From an uncultured bacterium (lineage in GTDB: Bacteria > Joyebacterota > Joyebacteria > Joyebacterales > Joyebacteraceae): a stretch of 64,000 bases of DNA. Below the pieces are notes generated by a model that did no database searches, was not told where the DNA came from, and saw nothing but the letters and a program-made list of their open reading frames with translations. How positions within the stretch are numbered: position 1 is the first letter of the stretch; each line of letters starts with the position of its first letter. This document shows positions 44,884 to 54,404 of this stretch, piece by piece. Position numbers and translations under genes: made by a program. The stretch is from the NCBI GenBank assembly GCA_964521425.1, contig CAZFRO010000007.1, positions 50,106 through 114,105 on the forward strand. The letters are read 5' to 3'.

Positions 44884-46842
44884 TCAGTCCTCCAGGGCCG
44901 CCGAGACCATCATATAGAGTTGGTTGTCTGTGAGGTTCTTCTGCTGCACTGTCGCAGACGGACAAGCGGCGATACAAGCACCGCAGCCCTCGCAGATCGC
45001 CTCCTGCACACGCGCAACTCCCTTTTCATCATCGAACTCGACCGCGTCGTACGGACAGACCGAGATGCAGATCCTGCAGCCCGCGCATTCGTCCTCGTCT
45101 ATCCAGGCAACGACCGGCTCTCTGTGGTACTCCTCCTCCGCGAACAGTGCGCAGACCTTGCTCGCCGCGGCCGATGCCTGAGCAACGACCTCCGGAATGT
45201 CCTTCGGTCCCTGCGCCGCACCGGCGAGATAGAAGCCGGGGGCCAGACTCTCGACCGGCCTGAGCTTCGGGTGCGCCTCGGAGTAGAATCCCCACTGGTT
45301 CATCTGAATCTTGAGCATCTTCGCAAGCTCGGTCGCGGTAGCGCTCGGGACCATCGCCAGACCGAGCACGACCATGTCAGCCGCGATCTCGACCTTCTGA
45401 CCGGTGAGTGTGTCAACGCCCCACACCATCACCTTTCCGTCGTCCTCAAAGAGCTTGGAGACCTTTCCTCTTATATAGAGGACGTCGTCCTCCTCCGCGG
45501 CCCGCTGGTAGAACTCCTCGTAGTCCTTGCCGGGCGTTCGCACGTCCATGTAGAAGACGTATGCCTGGCCGTCATGCTCGTTGTGCTTGTAGAGCATCGC
45601 GTGCTTCGTGAGGTACATGCAGCAGACCTTCGAGCAGTAGGGCATGTGGCCCTCCGGGTCGCGCGATCCGACGCAGGTCAGGAAGACGACCTCCTTCGGG
45701 ATCTCGCCATCCGACGGCCTCTTTACAACTCCCCCTGTCGGACCGGACGCGGAGAGGAGACGCTCGAACTGGAGACTTGTCACGACGTCCTTGATGTCGC
45801 CGCCTCCGTACTCACCGATATTCACGATCGGGTAGAGATCGAACCCGGTCGCGACGATGATGGCCCCCACTTCCTCATCCAGGAACTCGTCCTTCTGCTC
45901 GTAGTCTATCGCGTCAACCGGACAGACCTTCTTGCAGACACCGCACTTCCCGTTCTCGAAGTAGATGCAGTGGTCGCGGTCGAGAACCGGCTCGTTCGGA
46001 ACTGCCTGCGCGAACGGTGTGTAGATGGCCTTTCTCTCGCTAAGCCCCTCGTCGAACTCGGAGACAGTCTTCGCAGGGCACTTCTCGATACAGAGACCGC
46101 AGCCGTTACAGACATCGCGGTTCACATACGCGGCCTTCTTCTTGATCTTGACCTTGAAGTTGCCGACGTAGCCTGAGACGTCTTCTATCTCACAGTAGGT
46201 GAGAAGCTTGATGCGCGGGTGCTGGGACACCTCCACCATCTTCGGCGTGAGGATGCACTGCGAGCAGTCAAGCGTCGGGAAGGTCTCCGACAGCTGCGCC
46301 ATGTGTCCACCGACCGACGGCTCCTTCTCGACCAGAACAACGTCGTGCCCGGCGTTGGCGATATCGAGGGCGGCCTGGATGCCGGCGATGCCGGCGCCCA
46401 CGACCATGGCCCGATGCGTCATCGGTACGGAGATCGGTTCGAGCGCCTCGTTCTGCTTCGCCTTCTCGATCATCGTCTTGATGATCTTGATGGCCTTCTC
46501 GGTGGCCATCTCCTTGTCGCCTCTGTGCACCCAACTGCAGTGCTCGCGGATGTTCGCCATCTCCATGCGGTACTGATTGAGATCGGCCGCCGCTCCCGCC
46601 CTGCGGAAGGTGGCCTCGTGCAGTGTGGGCGAACATGCGGAGACCACGACCCCGGTGAGACCGTGTTCCTTGATGGCGTCCCTTACCAGGCCCTGACCCG
46701 GATCGGAACACATATACAGGTAGTCCGTCGAGTACGCGACACCAGGGTACTTGGCCAGTTCCTCAGCGACGCGCTTGACGTCCACCACCCCGGCGATGTT
46801 CGTCCCACAGTGACAGACGAAGACGCCAATGCGATGCTCCAT
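44884..46842 (-). CDS. hdrA: Heterodisulfide reductase subunit A (flavin, electron-bifurcating family)
   Basis: GVFVCHCGTNI, NIREHCSWVH, GAGIAG, ETFPTLDCSQC, CVGSRD..YCSKVCC, HPKLRP and GPKDIP motifs; inserted and C-terminal ferredoxin domains. Confidence 0.96.
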   Translation of the reverse strand: MEHRIGVFVCHCGTNIAGVVDVKRVAEELAKYPGVAYSTDYLYMCSDPGQGLVRDAIKEHGLTGVVVSACSPTLHEATFRRAGAAADLNQYRMEMANIREHCSWVHRGDKEMATEKAIKIIKTMIEKAKQNEALEPISVPMTHRAMVVGAGIAGIQAALDIANAGHDVVLVEKEPSVGGHMAQLSETFPTLDCSQCILTPKMVEVSQHPRIKLLTYCEIEDVSGYVGNFKVKIKKKAAYVNRDVCNGCGLCIEKCPAKTVSEFDEGLSERKAIYTPFAQAVPNEPVLDRDHCIYFENGKCGVCKKVCPVDAIDYEQKDEFLDEEVGAIIVATGFDLYPIVNIGEYGGGDIKDVVTSLQFERLLSASGPTGGVVKRPSDGEIPKEVVFLTCVGSRDPEGHMPYCSKVCCMYLTKHAMLYKHNEHDGQAYVFYMDVRTPGKDYEEFYQRAAEEDDVLYIRGKVSKLFEDDGKVMVWGVDTLTGQKVEIAADMVVLGLAMVPSATATELAKMLKIQMNQWGFYSEAHPKLRPVESLAPGFYLAGAAQGPKDIPEVVAQASAAASKVCALFAEEEYHREPVVAWIDEDECAGCRICISVCPYDAVEFDDEKGVARVQEAICEGCGACIAACPSATVQQKNLTDNQLYMMVSAALED

Positions 46843-46852
46843 CACTCCTCCC

Positions 46853-47764
46853 CTAGACCAGTTTCTTCCCGGCCAGAACCGGACGTGGATCAACGTAGTT
46901 ATCAGAGAAATCCAGGTGTTCCTCGTCGATACCGAGCGCAATCCCAAGGAGCTGCGTGAAGTAGATGACCGGGATCTTCTTGAATCCCTTCACCCGCTTC
47001 GCCATCTCCTTCTGCTTCCTGTCGAGATTGTACAGACACAGAGGACAGGTCGTGATGATCAGGTCGGCGTCCCGCTTGATGGCCGAGCTGAGAACGGTCT
47101 GCGAACACGCGATGGCCGTCTCCTCATCTCGCACTATCTGAAATCCACCGCAGCATTCGGCCTTCATTGGGAAATCGACGACGTCACAGCCGAGCGTCTC
47201 GAGAAAGTCCTCGAAGATCGTCGGCCGCTCGGGGTCGTCGAACTCCATCTCCTTCTTCGGGCGAAGCAGCATGCATCCGTAGTAGGGAGCCACCCTGAGA
47301 CCCTTGAGGCTGGTCTTCAAGCTCTTCGCCACCTTGTCGAACCCGACCACGTCCCTCAACATCTCTATATAGTGGAGCACCTCAACCTGGCCGACATAGT
47401 CCTCTTCGAGGTAGCTCTCCATCTCAGCTCGTTCGTCGGTGTCCGCTCTCAGGAAGAGGTTCGCCTTCTCTCTCTTCTCCTCGTCCTCTCGCATGACCCT
47501 GTTCGAGCGCTTGAGCACGTTGTAGCAGAACGAGCAGAGCGTCACGACTTTGTCGCCCATCCTGGAGGCGTATGCCAGGTTTCTGACGCCGGCCAGAATG
47601 TCCATCACCGAGTCAGTCGCCAGAGGAAAGACCGCGCCGCAACACGTCCAGACCGGAAGCTCCTCGAGTTCCACGCCGAGGGTCTTGGCACATTCCCTCG
47701 ATGCCCTGTCGAAGTCGAGAGCACGTTCGTGCAGAGTGCATCCCGGGTAGTAAGGTATCTTCAT
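46853..47764 (-). CDS. hdrB: Heterodisulfide reductase subunit B (CCG domains)
   Basis: YYPGC, WTCCG, CSFC, PYYGC, ECCG, TCPLC and YFTQL motifs. Confidence 0.95.
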   Translation of the reverse strand: MKIPYYPGCTLHERALDFDRASRECAKTLGVELEELPVWTCCGAVFPLATDSVMDILAGVRNLAYASRMGDKVVTLCSFCYNVLKRSNRVMREDEEKREKANLFLRADTDERAEMESYLEEDYVGQVEVLHYIEMLRDVVGFDKVAKSLKTSLKGLRVAPYYGCMLLRPKKEMEFDDPERPTIFEDFLETLGCDVVDFPMKAECCGGFQIVRDEETAIACSQTVLSSAIKRDADLIITTCPLCLYNLDRKQKEMAKRVKGFKKIPVIYFTQLLGIALGIDEEHLDFSDNYVDPRPVLAGKKLV

Positions 47765-47781
47765 CCGTGCCTCCGACTTCC

Positions 47782-48198
47782 CTATCCGTTGAGCAACTTT
47801 CTGAGAGCGCTTACGACGCCCATCTGTGGAGCCTTCGATGCCATCACGCTCGACACATCGCCCGCGTCCACCGCGGGTATCGCCAGCCGCTTCCTGAGAA
47901 CCGTGGCTCTGAGAACATCACAGATGCTTGAGAACTCCACGCCTTTTGGGCAGCGCGCCGAGCACTGCATGCACGAGGCGCATATCCAGATGGTCTTGGA
48001 ACTCAGGACCTTCTCGATCTGACCCAGCTGCAGGAGTCGGATGACCTCGTTCGGGACGACATCCATCTCGTCCACGACGGGACAGCCGGCGGAACATCTC
48101 CCGCACTGATAGCAGGAGGTGATCGACTGTCCAGACAGATCTTCGACCCGTTGGATGCTTTCATTTCTGATGGAGTCTGTGCTCAGCCTAATCCTCAT
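47782..48198 (-). CDS. hdrC: Heterodisulfide reductase subunit C
   Basis: CYQCGRCSAGCP and IWICASCMQCSARCP; GGAGG RBS before ATG 48198. Confidence 0.93.
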   Translation of the reverse strand: MRIRLSTDSIRNESIQRVEDLSGQSITSCYQCGRCSAGCPVVDEMDVVPNEVIRLLQLGQIEKVLSSKTIWICASCMQCSARCPKGVEFSSICDVLRATVLRKRLAIPAVDAGDVSSVMASKAPQMGVVSALRKLLNG

Positions 48199-48326
48199 CC
48201 GCACCTCCGGGAGTTCAATCTGGTTGCAGGCTCTGGAAGAGAAGCCACGAGACCTGTTGATGGCCTCGCATTCGTGAAACCGCCACCGCGACAACGGCTC
48301 TCTGTATCGCGGTGACTCAATCCGGG

Positions 48327-48355
48327 AGTTTACTATGTGCGGGGGTGAGTGTCAA
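48327..48355 (-). promoter_or_regulatory. Sigma70-type promoter of the hdr operon
   Basis: TTGACA-N17-TAAACT. Confidence 0.65.
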
Positions 48356-48525
48356 CCCATTTGGCCGCTCTGGGGGCGCGTCCTCTCCGGGAGACGTGTC
48401 TCCTGAATCCGTGGCCTAGCGGGAAGTTAGGCGTTGAGTACCGAAGACGGGAGTGCTAGCTTGCGGCAGATGCCACCCTGAAGCTGGGCGGCCACATACG
48501 GACGGCCACATGGGAGACAAGACGG

Positions 48526-49509
48526 ATGAGAACTGGAAGCTCAATCCTGCCCGCTTTGACGGCGGTGACCCTCGCCCTCCTCGTCACGTGGTGCGGAGCG
48601 ACGGAGCCGGTAGCCACATTCTCGATCGTGGCCTTCGATGAGGCGACAGGCGAGCTTGGCATCGCCGTTCAATCGAAGTTCTTCGCGGTGGGATCGGTAG
48701 TGCCGTGGGCAAGAGCCGGTGTCGGAGCCATCGCGTCGCAGGCATTTGGAAACACGACGTTCGGACCTCGTGGACTGGACCTCATCGAGGAGGGTCTCTC
48801 GCTCGAGGAGGTCCTCGACCACCTGTTGACCGATGACGAGAAGCGGGAGCAGCGTCAGATCGGCATCGTCGATGCATACGGGAATTCGATCGCTTTCACG
48901 GGCGACGAGTGCATGGACTGGGCGGGCCACCGGTCCGGGCGCAACTACTCGGTCCAGGGCAACATCCTGGTGAGCGAGAAGACCGTCGATGCCATGGCAA
49001 GCGCGTTCGAGGAGACAGAGGGGCTTCTCGGGGAGCGTCTCATGCAGGCAATCGAGGCCGGGCAGGAGGCGGGAGGCGACTCGCGGGGGATGCAGTCGGC
49101 GGCGATTCTCATCGTCAGTGAGGGCGGCGGGTACGGAGGTTACAACGATCGCTACTGCGACCTGAGGGTCGACGATCATGGGAATCCGATCGCGGAGCTC
49201 AGGAGGATCTTCAACATCTGGAAGGAGGTTGCACTCATCACTGAGGGCTACCGTCTTCTCGATGAGGGGGATCATGACAAGGCCATCGCCGTAGGCAGAA
49301 GAGCCGTGGAGCAGTACCCGGAAAGCGCCGAGTGCCGCTACCACCTCGCATGCTATCTCTCTCGCGGGGGCATGTTTGGTGAAGCGATGCGCGAACTCGA
49401 GAAGGCTGTCGGGGGTGACGTAGAACTCGGTTCGCGGGCGAAGCTGGATCCGGATTTCGAACCGCTGAAGAGCGATCCCGGATTTCATCTGATCACGGAT
49501 GCAGAGTAG
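48526..49509 (+). CDS. DUF1028 (Ntn-hydrolase-like) protein with C-terminal TPR
   Basis: Signal segment then ATFSIVA; SVQGNIL, GGDSRG.QSAA and DLRVDDH motifs. Confidence 0.88.
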   Translation: MRTGSSILPALTAVTLALLVTWCGATEPVATFSIVAFDEATGELGIAVQSKFFAVGSVVPWARAGVGAIASQAFGNTTFGPRGLDLIEEGLSLEEVLDHLLTDDEKREQRQIGIVDAYGNSIAFTGDECMDWAGHRSGRNYSVQGNILVSEKTVDAMASAFEETEGLLGERLMQAIEAGQEAGGDSRGMQSAAILIVSEGGGYGGYNDRYCDLRVDDHGNPIAELRRIFNIWKEVALITEGYRLLDEGDHDKAIAVGRRAVEQYPESAECRYHLACYLSRGGMFGEAMRELEKAVGGDVELGSRAKLDPDFEPLKSDPGFHLITDAE

Positions 49510-49808
49510 TGACGACTGCAGATCGTATCGATCGTCCTCGGCCAAGCGAAGCGGCCACTCAGGCTCGGTAGGATGGTTCTCTGGATCGGCGTGGAATGAC
49601 TCGACACTCACGGTCAGATCCAGGACATGCCATGCACAGTATCTGCACACCAAGTAAAGTGTTTGCTAACCGATGATGTGGTGATAGGATACCCTCGCGG
49701 GCGACCGTGTGCGGTTGGCGCGCGCGCAATACGCATTCCCGGGAAGCCGACGCGGCGGAACTGGTTACGTGCAGTTGATTTGCACGCTTCCGAGAGAAAC
49801 ACGCCAAG

Positions 49809-52800
49809 ATGAAGAGACACTCAACATACTGGCTGGTCCTGTCTATGTGCGCCGCCGTGGCGCTCTCTCTGGCGCTCGCGCCCGGCGCCTTGAGCGCGCA
49901 GAATGCACCTGTAGAGAGCCCGGGAACACGCCCGGCACTCCTCGTGCGAGGCGATGACAGCTATCCCCCCTACGAGTTCCTCGATGAGCACGGTCATCCG
50001 AGCGGATTCAACATAGACCTCATGAGAGCCGTCGCTGAAGAGGCTGATCTCAACATAGAGATCGACCTCGGACCGTGGTCGGTGGTCAGAGGGGATCTCG
50101 AATCCCGGCGTGTCGACATCCTCACCGGCATGTTCAAGTCGGCTGAGAGAGGTGTCGGGGTCGACTTCTCAGATCCGTATGTCACAGTTCCGCACTCCGT
50201 GTTCGTCAGAAAGGGCTCGATCATCAGGTCGCTTGAGGACGCTCAAGGAATGTCCGTGATCGTCCAAGAAGGCGACATCATGCACGACTACATCGTAGAG
50301 ACGGGGCTGACCGACAGAATCGTGCTGGCTCGGGACCAACATGAGGCGCTCGGTCTCCTTGCGGAGGGGGAACACGATTGCGCTCTCCTCGCAAAGAGTC
50401 CCGCCCTCTACCACATCTTTGCGGACGAACTCACCGACTTGATCGAGCCGGTCGGCGAGCCCATTCTCGAGAGGGAATTCTGCTTCGCAGTTGTTCGAGG
50501 GAACGCGCCTCTCCTTCTCAAACTGAACAAGGGTCTTGCCGGTGTTAGAGCATCGGGGAACTACGACGAGATCTACTCCGCCTGGTTCTCACCGTCCACG
50601 TCGCGGATCCTCTCGGCGAGGCTTCTCAAGATCGCAGTATGGGGCATCATCCCGCTCGTGCTCCTGCTCGGCGGGGCGCTCTACTGGTCTCGCGCACTTG
50701 ATCAAGAAGTCACCAGGAAGACGCGTGAGCTCAAACGCGAACTCTCCGCGCGTACCCATGCGGAGGAGACCCTGAGTGAGCGGGAGGACCAGCTTCGGCA
50801 TATCCTGGAGAACATGCCGACCATGGTCTTCGCCTTCGATGAGCTCTTCCGTATCACCGCATGGAACCGTGAGTGCGAACGGGTGACCGGCTACTCGGCT
50901 GAGGAGATGATGGAGTCGCCGGACCCGCTCAATCTTCTCTATCCCGATCCCGTCTACCGGGCGGCGATGCTTGAGAAGTGGAGGGAGCGCGGTCGCGACT
51001 ACCGAGGGTGGGAGTGGGAGATCACCCACAAGGATGGCAGCAGCCGTCTCATCTCGTGGTCGAACATCTCTGGGACGATGCCGATCGGGGGATGGAGCAA
51101 CTGGGGAACGGGTGTGGACGTCACCTGGAGGAGAAACGCACAGGACTCGCTCAAAGAGAGCGAGGAGCGCTACCGCCTCACCTCCGCGCTCACATCTGAC
51201 TATGCGTACGCGCTGGCAGTTGAGGATGATCGAGTCACTCTCGAGTGGGTGACCGAGGCCATCACGCGTATCACAGGATTCACGGCGGCCGACATAAGGA
51301 CGAGTGACGGCTGGGAGGCACTGGTCGACCCCGATGATCTTGGAATCAGACAGGGGCAGCTCCAGGCTCTTAAGAACGGCGAGCAGAAGACGGTCGAGTA
51401 CCGAATAGTCACGAAGGACGGCGCGAGACGCTGGGTTAAGGACCACGCCAGACCAGTCATGGGAGATGATGGGACTACGCTGACCCACATCTACGGGGCA
51501 GTCAGGGACATCACCCATGAGAGATAGATTGAACTGTCAAGACACGAGAGCGAGCAGCGATACCGTTCGCTCTTTGCCCAGGCAAACGACGCTATCTTCC
51601 TGGTGCTCGGGGAGATGTTCATCGACTGCAATGCGAAGACGCTTGAGATGTTCGGGTGTACGCGTGACCAGATCATCGGGCAGCCGCCGTATCGCTTCTC
51701 GCCCGCTGATCAGCCCGATGGCCGCACCTCCAAGGACAAGGCGCGCGAGAAGATAGGTGCGGCACTGAAAGGCACGCCGCAGGTCTTTGAGTGGACGCAC
51801 TGCCGATACGACGGCACGGACTTCGACGCGGAAGTCAGCCTGAACGCCATCGAACTTGATGGGAGAACGTACATCCAGGCGTTCGTTCGCGACATCAGTG
51901 AGCGGCACCAGATCGACAAACTGGTCCGCGTGCAGAGAGACCTGGGGATCGCTCTTCACACAGCCACGCGTCTGGATCAGGCGCTCAACCTCTGCCTCGA
52001 CGCCGCACTTCGTGTTTCGGACATGGACTCGGGAGGCATATATCTGTTCGATGATGTCACGGGAGAGCTGAGAATCAGGGCTCACAGGGGCCTCTCCGAT
52101 GAGTTCATGGCAGCAGCCAGTTGCTACGACCACGACCATCCAAGCACGAAGCTCGTGGTGTCCGGTGAGGCCATGTACGCCCCATATGACGAGGTGGAAG
52201 TCCAAAGGGATGAGAGGCGAATGAACGAGGGGCTTCGTGCGCTCGGGGTGCTCCCCATCATGCACGAGAGCCGTGTGATCGGGTGTCTGAATATCGCCTC
52301 GCACACGTGCGATGACATTCAACCCTTCGCAAGACGCGGACTCGAGGGGATAGCGTCTCAGATCGGAAGTGTCATTGCGGGAGCCACCGCGATCGATGCG
52401 CTCCGTATGTCGGAGGAGAAGTTCCGGAGCTTCTTCAATACGACGCGTGACGGCATCATCTTCGCGACGACCGACGGCTTCGCGGAGGACGCAAACCCCG
52501 CCTTCCTGGAGATGGTCGGCTACACTCTCGACGAACTCAAGGGGATGAACCTCCGGGAGATAACACCGGAGCGATGGCAAGGGAAGGACGACGAGGTGTT
52601 CCGAAGCCAGGCCATAGTCAGGGGATTCGCGGGAGAGTACGAGAAGGAGTACGTGAGGAAGGACGGTTCCACGATCCCGGTATCCGTCCGCGCCTGGCGC
52701 GTCGGCGAGGGTGGTGACGATCGCGACCTCAATTGGGGCATCGTGCGCAACATATCCGAGCAGAGGACGGCTGCGGATGTGCAGTCCGTGCTCTTCAATA

Positions 52801-54283
52801 TATCTGAAGCAGTCGGCGGCACCGATACACTCGAGGAGCTTCTCACTATCATCCGCGAGCAGCTGGGAAGACTTATCGACACCGCCAACTTCTACGTTGC
52901 TCTCTACGATGACGAGACCGGGCTCTACACCTTCCCCTATCACGTTGATGTCTGTGATGAGACGCCCACGGAACCCATGAGGCTTGACAACAGCGTAACC
53001 GATTTCGTGAGGCGAACGGGGGAGCCGTACCTCATCAACGAGCAGACGCAGAGACGCCTCGAGAACGAACAGGCTATCACCGTCTACGGGAACGCATCCC
53101 CCATCAGGTTCGGCATGCGCAGAAGCTTGAGAGCCTGGGCGTGCTCGCCGGCGGCATCGCGCACGATTTCAACAACCTACTCACCGGCATTCTCGGAAAC
53201 GCAGACCTCGCACTGATGGATCTTGGGATGTCGGGGGCGGCGCGGCTCAGCATCGAGGCGGTACATGAGGCGGCGGGACGCGCAGCCGAACTCAGCGGTC
53301 AGATGCTCGCGTACTCCGGCAGGGGGCGCTTCGTCACCGAACCGGTCGATCTCAACGTGTTGATCCGTGGGATGGAGTAACTTGTGACCGCCTCCACTTC
53401 CACGGACGCCACCATGAGTTACTCCCTTGCCTCTGATCTACCTCTCATCGAGGGTGACGCGACGCAGTTGCAGCAGGTGATCATGAATATCATCGTGAAC
53501 GCCTCTGACGCCATCGGAGAAGAGAGCGGCAGTGTGATGGTGACGACCGGAGCAGCCTGGTTCGATGTCTCCTCACTGGCCGAAACATGGACGGAAGAAC
53601 AGCTACCAGAGGGGCAGTACGTCTACATCGATGTGCACGACACGGGCTCCGGTATGGACAAGGAGACGCTCTCCAGGATCTTCGATCCGTTCTTCACAAC
53701 GAAGTTCACCGGCAGGGGGCTCGGGCTTGCCGCGGTCCTCGGGACCGTGCGCGGCCATAAGGGGGGAATCTCTGTCGAGAGTGTGCCGAGCGTTGGCACG
53801 ACCTTCCGTATCCTCTTCCCCGCAGGACCCGACGCGGCATCGACGGGCACGAGCAGAGAAGAGACGATCGCACCCGCACAGACAGAAGACACTGAAAGAG
53901 ACGACGGACACGCGGACGGTACGGTCCTGCTTGTCGATGACGAAGCCACCGTCCGCCAAGTCACACAGCAGATGCTCGAACGCGCCGGGTTCTCGGTCCT
54001 CACCGCATCCGACGGACTCAAAGCGATCGATACGTACCGCAAGAACAGCGATGACATCGTCTGCGTGCTGCTCGATCTCACGATGCCGAACATGGGAGGC
54101 GAGGAGACCCTAAAGAGGCTTCTCCGAATCCGCCCGGATGTCCGCGTCATCATGTCGAGCGGCTACGGCGAACTTGAAATCGTCGAGCGGTTCGCGGATC
54201 AGGGGCTGGCCGGCTTCATTCAGAAGCCCTACCTCTCCGCGAAACTTATCACCAAGCTCCGCGAAGTACTTGGAACCGCATAG
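49809..54283 (+). pseudogene. Disrupted hybrid sensor histidine kinase (PBPb-PAS/GAF-HisKA-HATPase-REC)
   Basis: In-frame TAG at 51525-51527; deletion/frameshift near 53102; in-frame TAA at 53378-53380. H-box LAGGIAHDFNN, FDPFFTTK..GRGLGL and receiver LLDLTMP motifs remain recognisable. Confidence 0.85.
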
Positions 54284-54350
54284 CTCCCGCGCGACCCCCA
54301 CCAACTCCATGCATGACGTGGATTTGCTGACTGACCCTTGTGCCGCCTCA

Positions 54351-54404
54351 CCTACGGCACGGGTTTGACACGCCACGCGGGTTTGCCTACAGCACGGGTT
54401 TGAT
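54351..54404. repeat. Duplication of the glgP 3' end including its stop codon
   Basis: cctacggcacgggtttgac (54351) versus cctacagcacgggtttgat (54386), with a partial copy in between. Confidence 0.7.

Noticed and set aside
40661-48022. Long + strand ORFs (536, 691, 479 and 397 aa) opposite the hdr operon
   Set aside because: They are antisense shadows of GC-rich genes, with no recognisable motifs.
44391-48198. Selenocysteine recoding in HdrA or MvhD
   Set aside because: All ORFs are uninterrupted and the positions that can be Sec are Cys (LDCSQC, CKWC).
51525-51527. In-frame TAG as pyrrolysine or stop-codon reassignment
   Set aside because: TAG is the normal stop for most genes here, at conserved C-termini. 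The same gene also has an in-frame TAA and a frameshift, so pseudogenisation is the simpler explanation.
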